A DNA stretch of 43,852 bases from an archaeon (GTDB lineage Archaea; Aenigmatarchaeota; Aenigmatarchaeia; CG10238-14; SCSR01): positions 1-43,852 of the forward strand of contig DATEAB010000011.1 of NCBI GenBank assembly GCA_035288545.1, in the 5' to 3' direction. The translations under genes and the position numbers were made by a program. Each line of letters opens with the position of its first letter. The stretch's first letter is position 1. This document shows positions 1 through 9,078 of the stretch, one piece after another. The notes beneath the pieces are model-generated. The model searched no databases. It was not told the origin of the DNA and was given only the letters and a program-made list of their open reading frames with translations.

Positions 1-419
1 ACTTTCTTTTTAGCAAGTACCCTGACGAAATTTCCTGCGTTGGAAACGCGTACAGAAGAAAGCAGGAACCTGAGGCAGTGTTTATCAACGGCCGCCTTGG
101 CAGGACTATCATAAATATCGAGCTCAGCTGGCTCACTCCAATGAAGGACAGGTCTATGATTTTGATCGGCTCGAAAAGATCGGCGTATGTCGAGTTGACG
201 GATCAGAAAGTCAGGATTTACGAGGGCGAACAGCTGAAGGAACTGGAAATAATTCAGAACAACACCATCCGCGACGAACTTAATCACTTCCTGTCTTGCA
301 TACAGGAAAAGAAGTTGTCGCTCGCAGACGGGCTGAGTGGCCTCTATACGATACGAATGATAGAAATTGCGAGACAATCGCTTTTCGAGAAACGTACACT
401 TCAGTTCAATTTTAATTAG
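1..419 (+). CDS. Gfo/Idh/MocA-family sugar oxidoreductase, C-terminal part (5'-truncated by the window edge)
   Basis: The frame starting at nt 3 has no stop from the window edge to TAG 417-419 (FLFSKYPDEISCVGNAYRRKQEPEAV joins FINGRLG...). The tail WLTPMKDRSMILIGSKRSAYVEL...ELNHFLSCIQEKK...DGLSGLYTIRMIEIARQS matches the C-terminal dimerisation domain pattern of this family. Confidence 0.7.
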   Translation, partial: FLFSKYPDEISCVGNAYRRKQEPEAVFINGRLGRTIINIELSWLTPMKDRSMILIGSKRSAYVELTDQKVRIYEGEQLKELEIIQNNTIRDELNHFLSCIQEKKLSLADGLSGLYTIRMIEIARQSLFEKRTLQFNFN

Positions 420-448
420 AGTTTAAGTTAAAAGAATAAATTAAAATT

Positions 449-1384
449 ATGAGCAATAAGATAATTTCATTCGTCATTCCCTCGCTCAACGAAGAAGATA
501 CTATAGGCGAATTGTTAGATTCTATAAATAGAAATACTTACCGCAGGAGGGAAGTTATTGTTGTTGATGGCGGCTCTAATGACAAAACTGTTGAGATTGC
601 CAAGACGAAGGGCGCGCGTGTAATTAAGGAAACAGGTAGTTTCAAATGCCCGGCGAATGCGTTGAATGTCGGAACAAGACACACAAAAGGCGACATAATT
701 TGTATTGTCGGCTCTGACTTCCTAGTGCCAGATAAAAATTTCGCCTCAGTTTGCGTGAAAGCCTTTGATGATGAAACTTCAGCAATTTACACAAAATATC
801 GAACTGAGCATAGTAATGTCGTCGAGAAAATCGTAAGCAGCAGATACGGGATGTCGACAAATCCTACCTGCGTGCGTCGCGACGTTTATCTTGGCGCTGG
901 CAGCTATCCTGTCATAGGGGTTAGCGAGGACTCTATCTTCACTTTGCGTGTCAGAAAATATTCTGAACTACATGGCTTGAAGGAGAAATTTATTTCAAGT
1001 ACATTCTATAGTGGACATGCAGTGAAAACGCTTGGCGAGCTTTTCAAGCAGGCCAGGTGGTACGGAAGAACTTCTGTTTTGTTTCTCAGAGAATATTACA
1101 AGGAAACTAAATCTGTTTTTTCACTTCTGAAACAAACAATTTCAATTAATTTGCGAATGATTTATTTTCTATCTCTATTGCTTTCATTGTTGTTTTATAA
1201 CTCGCAGTTTTTTGTTTACCCATTTTTAGTTTTTACCTTTTTATTTTTCATAACGCTTTTGAAAAACCTAAAAAACCATTACAATATGCTAAAGGTTTTG
1301 ACGAATTTGATATTCGGCCTGGGATTCTTTGTCGGCCTGGTTTCCTATCTCAGTGGAATTAATAGAAGCAGAAGCAGAGGATGA
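449..1384 (+). CDS. Family 2 glycosyltransferase (GT-A fold) with a C-terminal membrane anchor
   Basis: N-terminus IISFVIPSLNEEDTIGELLDSI...VIVVDGGSNDKT is the classic GT2 signature. The C-terminal ~90 aa are strongly hydrophobic (LSLLLSLLFYNSQFFVYPFLVFTFLFFITLL). Confidence 0.85.
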   Translation: MSNKIISFVIPSLNEEDTIGELLDSINRNTYRRREVIVVDGGSNDKTVEIAKTKGARVIKETGSFKCPANALNVGTRHTKGDIICIVGSDFLVPDKNFASVCVKAFDDETSAIYTKYRTEHSNVVEKIVSSRYGMSTNPTCVRRDVYLGAGSYPVIGVSEDSIFTLRVRKYSELHGLKEKFISSTFYSGHAVKTLGELFKQARWYGRTSVLFLREYYKETKSVFSLLKQTISINLRMIYFLSLLLSLLFYNSQFFVYPFLVFTFLFFITLLKNLKNHYNMLKVLTNLIFGLGFFVGLVSYLSGINRSRSRG

Positions 1385-1393
1385 GAGGAAAAC

Positions 1394-1936
1394 TTAGGGT
1401 TTCTCCCCAACTATCAGGATATTCCCGTGAGACATGTAATGGAAGCGTGTCTTTGAAAGCACCCAGCTTATCATGTAGATCAGCTTGCTCATTCCCTCGT
1501 ATTGTGTGAAATATTCCACCTTCTTTATGCTCAACCCGACAGCTTTCAGATGGTTCTTCAAGTGTTCGGTTGTGAACAGTGCGTAATGAATGTCCTTCTT
1601 ACCGTGAGCACCCAGCTTTTCATATCCACCATAATGAAGTTTCTTTTTTGAGTTTGCATTATGAAACAGCCAGTATCCTGCATTATCAGTTTTGATGACA
1701 AGCCGTCCTCCTTTCTTCAAAACACGTACCATTTCCTTCAGTGCTTTGTGAGGGCTTTTCATATGCTCAATCACGAACGCGGCGTAGACCTCGTCGAAAG
1801 TTCCGTCTTTGAACGGCAGCCGCTCGTTTTCGATATCACACTTCTTAACTTCAGGCCTGCTTGGATACAAATCGACGAAGGAAGTTCCGTACGTGTCCTC
1901 GCCGCAGCCAACGTTAAGAATCCTCTTTTCTGGCAT
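1394..1936 (-). CDS. Class I SAM-dependent methyltransferase (Methyltransf_11-like)
   Basis: Motif I ILNVGCGEDTYG and post-motif VLKKGGRLVIKT. It starts 5 nt after the stop of the upstream RGP-like gene, so it lies in a minus-strand operon. Confidence 0.8.
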   Translation of the reverse strand: MPEKRILNVGCGEDTYGTSFVDLYPSRPEVKKCDIENERLPFKDGTFDEVYAAFVIEHMKSPHKALKEMVRVLKKGGRLVIKTDNAGYWLFHNANSKKKLHYGGYEKLGAHGKKDIHYALFTTEHLKNHLKAVGLSIKKVEYFTQYEGMSKLIYMISWVLSKTRFHYMSHGNILIVGEKP

Positions 1937-1941
1937 TCAAC

Positions 1942-3081
1942 TCACTCTAGCTTCTCGCAAATTTCTGTCCAAACATACATTTGTTTCGTCACGTAATCTA
2001 AATATTCTTTAAACCTTTGGTCAAATACGTCAAGCTTGTTTCTAATGCATTCAATCAAACTTCTGTAAGCAGCAATATAGTCCGAACTATCAATTTCTGC
2101 TTCGTCGACAATCCGCCACAACTTCTCGTTTATCATTATGCCTTCGAGCTCGAGCTTAAGATCCTTCATCGTGTCACGCCTTTCCTTGTCGTGAATAACG
2201 CACGGCGTCCCAACTGAGACAAAATGTCCCATCGCATCGCAAACTTTCTTGACAAAAATTCCCGACCAAATATCATCAAAGCGACCAATTCCCATGTAAC
2301 CCATCGGTAGCTGATAAAACGCCGGAATAATCTTTGGTGAGAAGCTGACGTTCATTGAGCATATCGTTGTGAATGTTCCTTTGTCCAAAACAATGCTTTT
2401 CTCTTTCAGCGCAACAGTCCTTGATTTCGGCAGGCCTTCCAAACCTCCTTCCTCGAGAATTCCAACCGCATCCATATCCGGCACGTTCAGCCATAACCCT
2501 TCGTTCAAAACAATTTTTCCTTTTCCAACATTCTTCTTGAAGTATTTTTCATCGACAAACCTCCTGTTGAACGGGAACCCGCGCGGATAAATTTTCTTTT
2601 CGTCATTAACTTCAAGACTGTCAATCGTCTTATACCATTTGCTGTCAGACGCTAGAACTTCAGTTACGTCACTGTCTATGATTTTTGAATGATCGCCAAT
2701 GAAATCAAATTCCTCGGTCGCGCGTGTGTCGTCGTCAATCATAAAAAATAATTTTGCCTTTCTAGCTGCGCCGGCAAGCATTCCAAAACTTGTTTCCGCA
2801 TGATTCCTAATCGGTATGACAGTTGCGAATTTCTGCCATTGGTCACCGAAATGCTCTTTAAAAAAACCCTCTCTTTCCTTAGGACCAAAAAATTCAAAGC
2901 CTGTTGCGGGAAACAGTTCCCTATTCTTCTTTCTCACCAACTCGTCTCCCTCGTCGATCATAAGAACGCTTGCGCTTTGGACGCTGTGGCCAAATTTTTC
3001 GAAATTATTCAAATAATCTTTCCAGAATCCGAAAGGGCGTATAGTTGGGACGATGAAGACAATTTCTTTTTCGGATGACAT
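1942..3081 (-). CDS. Reversibly-glycosylated-polypeptide (RGP, GT75) family protein, a UDP-arabinopyranose mutase-like enzyme
   Basis: Co-linear matches to plant RGP blocks: IVFIVPTIRP, LMIDEGD, FFMIDDDT, YPRGFPF, EGLWLNVPDMDA, CSMNVSF, IGRFDDIWSGIFVKKVCD. I place the start at Met17 (3081), 5 nt after the upstream SDR stop. The tracked start at 3129 would overlap that gene by 43 nt. Confidence 0.8.
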   Translation of the reverse strand: MSSEKEIVFIVPTIRPFGFWKDYLNNFEKFGHSVQSASVLMIDEGDELVRKKNRELFPATGFEFFGPKEREGFFKEHFGDQWQKFATVIPIRNHAETSFGMLAGAARKAKLFFMIDDDTRATEEFDFIGDHSKIIDSDVTEVLASDSKWYKTIDSLEVNDEKKIYPRGFPFNRRFVDEKYFKKNVGKGKIVLNEGLWLNVPDMDAVGILEEGGLEGLPKSRTVALKEKSIVLDKGTFTTICSMNVSFSPKIIPAFYQLPMGYMGIGRFDDIWSGIFVKKVCDAMGHFVSVGTPCVIHDKERRDTMKDLKLELEGIMINEKLWRIVDEAEIDSSDYIAAYRSLIECIRNKLDVFDQRFKEYLDYVTKQMYVWTEICEKLE

Positions 3082-3086
3082 TGAAT

Positions 3087-4058
3087 TCAAGGTCCTGACA
3101 ATGCTAAATGCTTGTTTGCTTTCCACCACTCGACAGTCCTTCTAACTCCTTCCTCGAAAGAAACTTTCGGTCTCCAGCCGAATGTCGTGGTTATTTTTTC
3201 TGTGTCGAGCTTTTGATATGGAATTTCCTTCTTCGTATAAGGAGGAGGCTGGACTATCTTCGCTTGCATGCCTGGGAAATGTTTCAGCACTTCTGAAATC
3301 ACAAGCTCCTGCGCTGCTGTGAAGCCTGTTCCTATATTCCAAGCCTGTCCGTTAGTTTTTTCTATATTGTCCATCAGGAGCAAGAAAGCGTCTACCACGT
3401 CGTCAATGTAAATCCATTCCCTTATGTAGTCAATTCCCTCGAAGATTTGCGGGTTTTCTCCCTTCAGACAATTTCGAATTGTATTTGGTATGAGACGCGA
3501 GTTCAAGTCAGCCGGTCCGTAAATATTGCACGAGCGGGACACCACCGTCTTTGTCCCGTAAACAAAATTGTAAGCGCGGACGACCTGATCGCCCATGGCC
3601 TTGCTCGCGTCGTAGATGTTCAGGCCGTTAAGCGCGAAAGTTTCCTTGTACGGTTCGGTGCCGTGATGTCCATATACTTTGTCAGTTGAGACGTATAGAA
3701 CTTTTGAATTGTTTTCCTTCGCTGCTTCCATTACGTTCCACGTGCCCTCGACGTTTGTCTTGAAAATAGGAACGGGCGAGACGTTTCCAACTCGGACAAT
3801 CGGCAATGCGGCAAGATGGAATATCTTATCAACTTCGTAGTCGCTTGCAACCCTTTTCACAAACGTCAGGTCGAGAAGATCACCGTGAGCAAGATAAATG
3901 CTGTCTGTTATTCCGAGAAGGTCGAGTGTCGTGTGCTTCTTCGGATGTTTGTCATGGATTATGCCAACTACAGTTTCCCCTCTGTCAAGCAGACGCTTGG
4001 CCAGATGCGCGCCTATCGCTCCTGTGGTGCCTGTAACCAGAACTGCCATTTTTGTCAA
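3087..4058 (-). CDS. NAD-dependent nucleotide-sugar epimerase/4,6-dehydratase (extended SDR)
   Basis: Rossmann motif VLVTGTTGAIGAHL, the STDKVYG segment and catalytic YDASK (YxxxK). Confidence 0.85.
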   Translation of the reverse strand: MTKMAVLVTGTTGAIGAHLAKRLLDRGETVVGIIHDKHPKKHTTLDLLGITDSIYLAHGDLLDLTFVKRVASDYEVDKIFHLAALPIVRVGNVSPVPIFKTNVEGTWNVMEAAKENNSKVLYVSTDKVYGHHGTEPYKETFALNGLNIYDASKAMGDQVVRAYNFVYGTKTVVSRSCNIYGPADLNSRLIPNTIRNCLKGENPQIFEGIDYIREWIYIDDVVDAFLLLMDNIEKTNGQAWNIGTGFTAAQELVISEVLKHFPGMQAKIVQPPPYTKKEIPYQKLDTEKITTTFGWRPKVSFEEGVRRTVEWWKANKHLALSGP

Positions 4059-4125
4059 CCCAAATCAGTCTAAGCTTTCTTTATTTTCAATATTTAAGAG
4101 TTTATACGAAAACTACTTATACTAA

Positions 4126-5244
4126 TTATTTTTGCAGAATTTTTTTGTAGAGTTCCTCTACCCGCGTTATGCATACGTCGGGATGATAGTTTTGCGAAGT
4201 TTTTTCAGCGCCCCTCGATATTTTCTCAGCAAGTTTTTTGTCAGTCAGAACTTCTAATATTGCGTTTTCGAGCTGTTTGGAATTCCTGGGTTCTACAAGA
4301 AGCGCGTTTTCTCTATCAACATACGTTTCAACTGCCGATTTCACTTTCGTGGCAACAATCGGCCTGCCGGTAGCAAGCGATTCAGAGACAGAAAACAAAT
4401 AATCCATCGGAGAGGGATAGACAATGACATCGCATCCTTTGTACGCTTCTAGAAGCTCTTCATCGGTAATTCTCCCTCTCAGCAAAACGTTCTTGTCAAT
4501 CCCCATTTTCTTCACAAGCTCTCTGTATTCCTCAAGGGCAGGGCCGCCGCCAGAAATAACAAAATAGACATCTTTCCTTTTTTTCAGAATCTCGGCAGCC
4601 GCATCGAAGAGATAGTTCAGTCCCTTCTCGTCGTCAATCCTGCTTATCGTAAAAGTAATTTTTGCGTCTCTGGGAAACTTCTTGCGGAAATTCTCTCCTC
4701 TCACTTTCTTAATCTCATCATGGTTCCATGCCCAGCACGGGATTACAACTACATCCGGGTTGTCCAGATCGGCCTGAATGCTCTCTGCGATGTCTCTGCT
4801 GATTGCAATGTAATGTATTTTCTTGAAAAATTGCCCGAATAATTTCGTAAGCAGTTTCCTTTTCATCCCCTTCGCCTCATTTTCCGACAGCAGTAGGGAG
4901 CACACGGCAGGTTTTTTCAGCAGCATTCCAACCACCATAGCAACTGCCCCCATTTTGAAATTATGCGAGTGAATTATGTCGGGGTCATGCTCTTTGACAG
5001 CATTGTAGACTTGGAGAAAGGAAAACCTTTCAGGGAAATAACTCATTGTTGCCCCCTCAGGCGGAATGAATTTCAAACTTTTGTGTTCCTCACGATAAGC
5101 GACTGGCGTGTAGATAATGTGGATTTCATGACCGCGCTGAACCAGCCTCCTGCTCATATCGAACACGTAGCGTTCAGAGCCAGAAAATTTTGGAGGTGTC
5201 ACAGTGTTGAGAGGAAAAAAGTTTGTCAGGTGGACGATTTTCAT
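4126..5244 (-). CDS. GT4-family (GT-B) glycosyltransferase
   Basis: N-terminus MKIVHLTNFFP...GSERYV. C-terminal donor-binding region VIVYPSPMDYLFSVSESLATGRPIVATK. Confidence 0.85.
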   Translation of the reverse strand: MKIVHLTNFFPLNTVTPPKFSGSERYVFDMSRRLVQRGHEIHIIYTPVAYREEHKSLKFIPPEGATMSYFPERFSFLQVYNAVKEHDPDIIHSHNFKMGAVAMVVGMLLKKPAVCSLLLSENEAKGMKRKLLTKLFGQFFKKIHYIAISRDIAESIQADLDNPDVVVIPCWAWNHDEIKKVRGENFRKKFPRDAKITFTISRIDDEKGLNYLFDAAAEILKKRKDVYFVISGGGPALEEYRELVKKMGIDKNVLLRGRITDEELLEAYKGCDVIVYPSPMDYLFSVSESLATGRPIVATKVKSAVETYVDRENALLVEPRNSKQLENAILEVLTDKKLAEKISRGAEKTSQNYHPDVCITRVEELYKKILQK

Positions 5245-5274
5245 TGTTTCTCACATTATTTTTATTTTACAAAA

Positions 5275-6183
5275 TCACTTCACGAACATATGATGTAAAA
5301 GTGCCATTTGCGTCCACGTCCTGTTTTCTGCCTGATCAAAAACTACTGAATTTTTCGAGTCTATGACATCGTTTGTAACTTCTTGACCGCGATGAGCTGG
5401 CATGCAGTGCATGAAAATATAATTTTGTTTTGCGTGAGATGCCAAGCTGCCGTTTATCTGAAACGAACGGAATGCATCCAACCTTTCCTCCATTTCCTTT
5501 TCAGATCCCATTGACACCCAAACATCGGAATAAATGACATCTGCATCTTTCACCGCTGCTACTGGATCATTGACAATCTGTATCAAGCTTCCATCTAGCA
5601 AATCTGCAATTTCTTTTTTAGGTTCGTATCCTCTTGGCGCGGCTACCATTAGCGGCAGGCCCAGCGTGTTGCATCCAAGCATCAGCGAATGGCAAACGTT
5701 ATTATTTCCGTCACCGACATACGTCATCTTTCTAACATTTTCAAACCCGATTTTCTCGTCAATAGTGAGCAGGTCAGCGAGCGTCTGGCAGGGATGCTCT
5801 AGATCGGAAAGAGAGTTGACGATGGGAATATTAGTCACCTTCGACATCTTCACCAAATCCTGATGGGAAAAAACTCTCGCCACAATTGCATCGACATATC
5901 TTTCCAAAACCTTTGCTGTATCTTCGACAGTTTCGCCTCTTCCAAGCTGCAGCTCGCTCCAACCTAAAACCAGCGACTTTCCGCCGAGCTTGTTCACTCC
6001 GACTTCGAATGAAACTCTCGTTCTTGTGGAAGGCTTTTGAAAAATCAGCGCAATATTTTTTCCCTTCAGCGTTTGTGGACACTCGCTGTCTGACTTAAAT
6101 TCCTTTGCTGTCTTCAGTATCTCCAAAAATTCTTCTTTGCTGATATCAGTCACGGACAAAAAATCTTTGCTTCTGAGTTTCAT
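5275..6183 (-). CDS. argF: Ornithine carbamoyltransferase-type transcarbamylase
   Basis: Motifs STRTRVSFE (carbamoyl-phosphate site), HPCQ, DVWVSMG (ornithine loop) and HCMPAHRG. I place the start at Met30 (MKLRSKDFLS), 49 nt after the upstream gene's stop. The tracked start at 6270 would overlap that gene. Confidence 0.85.
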   Translation of the reverse strand: MKLRSKDFLSVTDISKEEFLEILKTAKEFKSDSECPQTLKGKNIALIFQKPSTRTRVSFEVGVNKLGGKSLVLGWSELQLGRGETVEDTAKVLERYVDAIVARVFSHQDLVKMSKVTNIPIVNSLSDLEHPCQTLADLLTIDEKIGFENVRKMTYVGDGNNNVCHSLMLGCNTLGLPLMVAAPRGYEPKKEIADLLDGSLIQIVNDPVAAVKDADVIYSDVWVSMGSEKEMEERLDAFRSFQINGSLASHAKQNYIFMHCMPAHRGQEVTNDVIDSKNSVVFDQAENRTWTQMALLHHMFVK

Positions 6184-6232
6184 GCAACTTTCCTCTGTGT
6201 TCTGTAAGTTCCAATTAATTCTATGTAGAGAA

Positions 6233-7876
6233 TTATTTTTGAAGTATAAAGTTGCCGACGATAAGCGCATCCATCCCAGTCCCGTAATACATTTTCACAG
6301 CTTGCTCTGCAGTTCTAATCATCGGTTGTCCTTTGTCGTTGAAGCTTGTGTTAAGAATGACAGGATCTCCGGTGATATCGCCGAACTTCTGAATCAGACT
6401 ATAGTACAGTGGATTGATTTCTTTTTCAACGAACTGCGGGCGGGCACTGCCATCGACGTGGACGATTGAAGGCACTCTATTTCTCATCTCTTCCTTGACG
6501 TCAAAACTAAGTATCATGAAAGGCGAGTCGCGAAGCTTTCCATTGAAATATTTCGGTGCGGCTTCTGCCACAAGACTTGGGCAGAAAGGCCTGAACGGCT
6601 CGCGGTGCTTGACGTTGTCGTTCAAAATATTTTTCATGCTTGGGTCTTGAGCCGATGTTAGGATTGACCTGTTTCCAAGAGCGCGCGGCCCGAATTCCAT
6701 TCTTCCCTGAACCCAACCCAGAATCTTGTTTTGGGCAAGAATTTCCGCCGCAGTTCCTGCAGGATCAGAGATTTCCTCATACTTCACCTTTGCCACTTTC
6801 AAAGTTTTTTCTATTTCTTCATTGCTGTTTTCCGAGCCGAGATAGGCATGCCTCATCTTGTCGACCTTATATCCATTATTTACAGCCACCATCACTGCTC
6901 CTCCTAGCGCGCCTCCCTGGTCGCTTGCTGCCGGCTGGATGAAAATGTCGTCAACGAAATCCTGCTGGAGCAGCACGCCATTCATCTTGCAGTTAAGAGC
7001 AGAACCGCCGGCCAAGCAGAAATTTTTATAGCCAGTTTTTTCATGCATTATTCTTGCCAAATGAACAAGAGTTTTCTCAATTGCGTCCTGCAAACTTGCA
7101 GCCACATCTTTATGATGCTGGGTTAGTTCGCCACTGAGACGAGGCTCGCCGAACATTTTCAACATGGCGTCCGTGTATTGAATGGAACCGAATCTTGGAT
7201 TTATCCAATAACCATCGTCTGTCAGCCTGACTATTCCGTTTTTAAAGAAATCGTACTTTGGCTGGCCGAAGGAAGCGAGCGCCATGACAGTTCCCTCATC
7301 ACCGACCTTGTAGCCGAGAAATTCTGTGAGCGCGGAATAAATATAACCCCAAGAGTTTGGAACATAGAATTCCTTCTCGATTTCAATATCGCTGTCCTTG
7401 CCAACTGCCAGCAGGCCGCAAGTTCTCTCTCCAGCTGCGTCCATCGTAATTATGTTTGCCTTGTTGAAACCCGAGAGGTAAAAAGCCGAGGCAGCGTGCC
7501 CGACATGGTGTTTCATGTAAATTATGTTAGGGTCGATTCTGAAGTGGTATCTGTAAAAATGTTTGACACGATTTTTGATGTCGCGATAAATTCTCAAACT
7601 TCCTAGATACGTATACGGCCTTTTCAGCGAACCCCTGCGCAGCAAATTCATGAGGTCAGGAAGGTTTGGGTAAACGAACTTGTCGATATCGGTAATTTTC
7701 AGCCCGTGAGTCTTGAGGACAAACTTGACCGCGTTCAGCGGAAGCATCTCCGGGGCGTGCTTTATTCCGACGAAGCGCTCTTCCTCGATTGCCATCAGAA
7801 CTTTTCCGTCTTCGACAAGAACCGCTGCCGGGTCGTGCATCCCTGAAACTCCGCTGTTAACTGCCAAAATTCTCAT
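6233..7876 (-). CDS. NodU/CmcH/TobZ-family carbamoyltransferase
   Basis: N-terminus MRILAVNSG...HDPAAVLVEDGKV...EEERF. C-terminal blocks HVDGSARPQ and ILNTSFNDKGQP are typical of the Carbam_trans_N and Carbam_trans_C domains. Confidence 0.9.
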   Translation of the reverse strand: MRILAVNSGVSGMHDPAAVLVEDGKVLMAIEEERFVGIKHAPEMLPLNAVKFVLKTHGLKITDIDKFVYPNLPDLMNLLRRGSLKRPYTYLGSLRIYRDIKNRVKHFYRYHFRIDPNIIYMKHHVGHAASAFYLSGFNKANIITMDAAGERTCGLLAVGKDSDIEIEKEFYVPNSWGYIYSALTEFLGYKVGDEGTVMALASFGQPKYDFFKNGIVRLTDDGYWINPRFGSIQYTDAMLKMFGEPRLSGELTQHHKDVAASLQDAIEKTLVHLARIMHEKTGYKNFCLAGGSALNCKMNGVLLQQDFVDDIFIQPAASDQGGALGGAVMVAVNNGYKVDKMRHAYLGSENSNEEIEKTLKVAKVKYEEISDPAGTAAEILAQNKILGWVQGRMEFGPRALGNRSILTSAQDPSMKNILNDNVKHREPFRPFCPSLVAEAAPKYFNGKLRDSPFMILSFDVKEEMRNRVPSIVHVDGSARPQFVEKEINPLYYSLIQKFGDITGDPVILNTSFNDKGQPMIRTAEQAVKMYYGTGMDALIVGNFILQK

Positions 7877-7998
7877 TTGAATTCACTTTGATCTGTATTT
7901 TGCATTTCATTTTGTTTCTATTTTTGACCACTCTTTATAGGAGTTATTAAGATAAATTTTAATCCCTCAACGAATTTATAGATATGGATTTTATAATT

Positions 7999-9078
7999 TT
8001 ACACATCAATTATTTCCCTGTAAACTTTTAAGGTTTGTTCCGCTGCTTTTTTCCATGTGAAGTCTTTGCTCGCTTTCAGCCCGTTGCTTATAAGTTTTTT
8101 CCTTAACTTCTCATCGTTCAGCAGAAGCAGCAACTCGTTTTTGATTTCGCTTGGCTTTAACGGATCTGCTCCCAGGCCGCTCCTTCCAATCAACTCAGAG
8201 AATTCCCCGGTGCTCGAACAAATTATAGGAGTCCCACACGACATGCTTTCAAACGGCGGAAGCCCGAATCCTGTTTCAATGTCCAGGTTCAGGTAATCGT
8301 CAGCAGCCGAGTAAAGCAGAGGCATGTCCTTTTCTTCCGCCCTCTCCATCCTAAGGACTTTGCTTTCTATGCCCAGACTTTTGACGAGCTGCGTGATGCT
8401 TTCGTCCCTCTTTCCGAGTTTCACCAGAAACAAATTTGGATATTCCTTCTGGGCCTCGTAAAACGATTTGAAAACATTCGCTGCATTTTTCCTCAGATCA
8501 CTCTCTGATCCGATATTGAAAACAATTTTCTTATCCAGCGGCAGCCCCAGCTTCTTTCGCGCTTTCTTTTTGTCTTGACGCTTGTATCTTTTCGTATCTA
8601 TACCAAGATGCACGAGGCGTATCTTTTCCTCGTCAACTCCAAACATCTCGGTCAGATCCTTTTTTGTGTTCTCCGAGATTGCTATGACGCGGTCTGCATT
8701 CTTTATTGATTGGAAAACCTTTTTCATTATAAGTCTGCTAATCCACGGCGCGTTTCTGCTTGATTTTACGAAGAAGAGGTCTGTCACAGTTACGACAGTT
8801 GGCTTTTTGAAATCTGCAACACGCGCCAGAAATTGGTTTGATGCGTGGTAAAGCTGAAAATCAGGAATTTTCTTCGGGTAGATCATATACGCGTTGAGCG
8901 TCTTCCTCAGCACAGGGAAGTTCACTCCGTCGACAGTCACCTCTCCCTTCGTTCTGCCGTCGTCGTTGCACGCCACGAGAGTTACGTCAGCCTTTTTCTT
9001 CAGTTCCTTGAACAGCTCTAGCGCGTACTTGCCGAGACCGACGTAATCGGGAAAATTAGTTATTAATCCTACAGTCAT
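7999..9078 (-). CDS. GT4-family glycosyltransferase
   Basis: C-terminal GFGLPPFESMSCGTPIICSS motif. Its start overlaps the stop of the upstream C-methyltransferase (ATGA at 9075-9078). Confidence 0.85.
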   Translation of the reverse strand: MTVGLITNFPDYVGLGKYALELFKELKKKADVTLVACNDDGRTKGEVTVDGVNFPVLRKTLNAYMIYPKKIPDFQLYHASNQFLARVADFKKPTVVTVTDLFFVKSSRNAPWISRLIMKKVFQSIKNADRVIAISENTKKDLTEMFGVDEEKIRLVHLGIDTKRYKRQDKKKARKKLGLPLDKKIVFNIGSESDLRKNAANVFKSFYEAQKEYPNLFLVKLGKRDESITQLVKSLGIESKVLRMERAEEKDMPLLYSAADDYLNLDIETGFGLPPFESMSCGTPIICSSTGEFSELIGRSGLGADPLKPSEIKNELLLLLNDEKLRKKLISNGLKASKDFTWKKAAEQTLKVYREIIDV

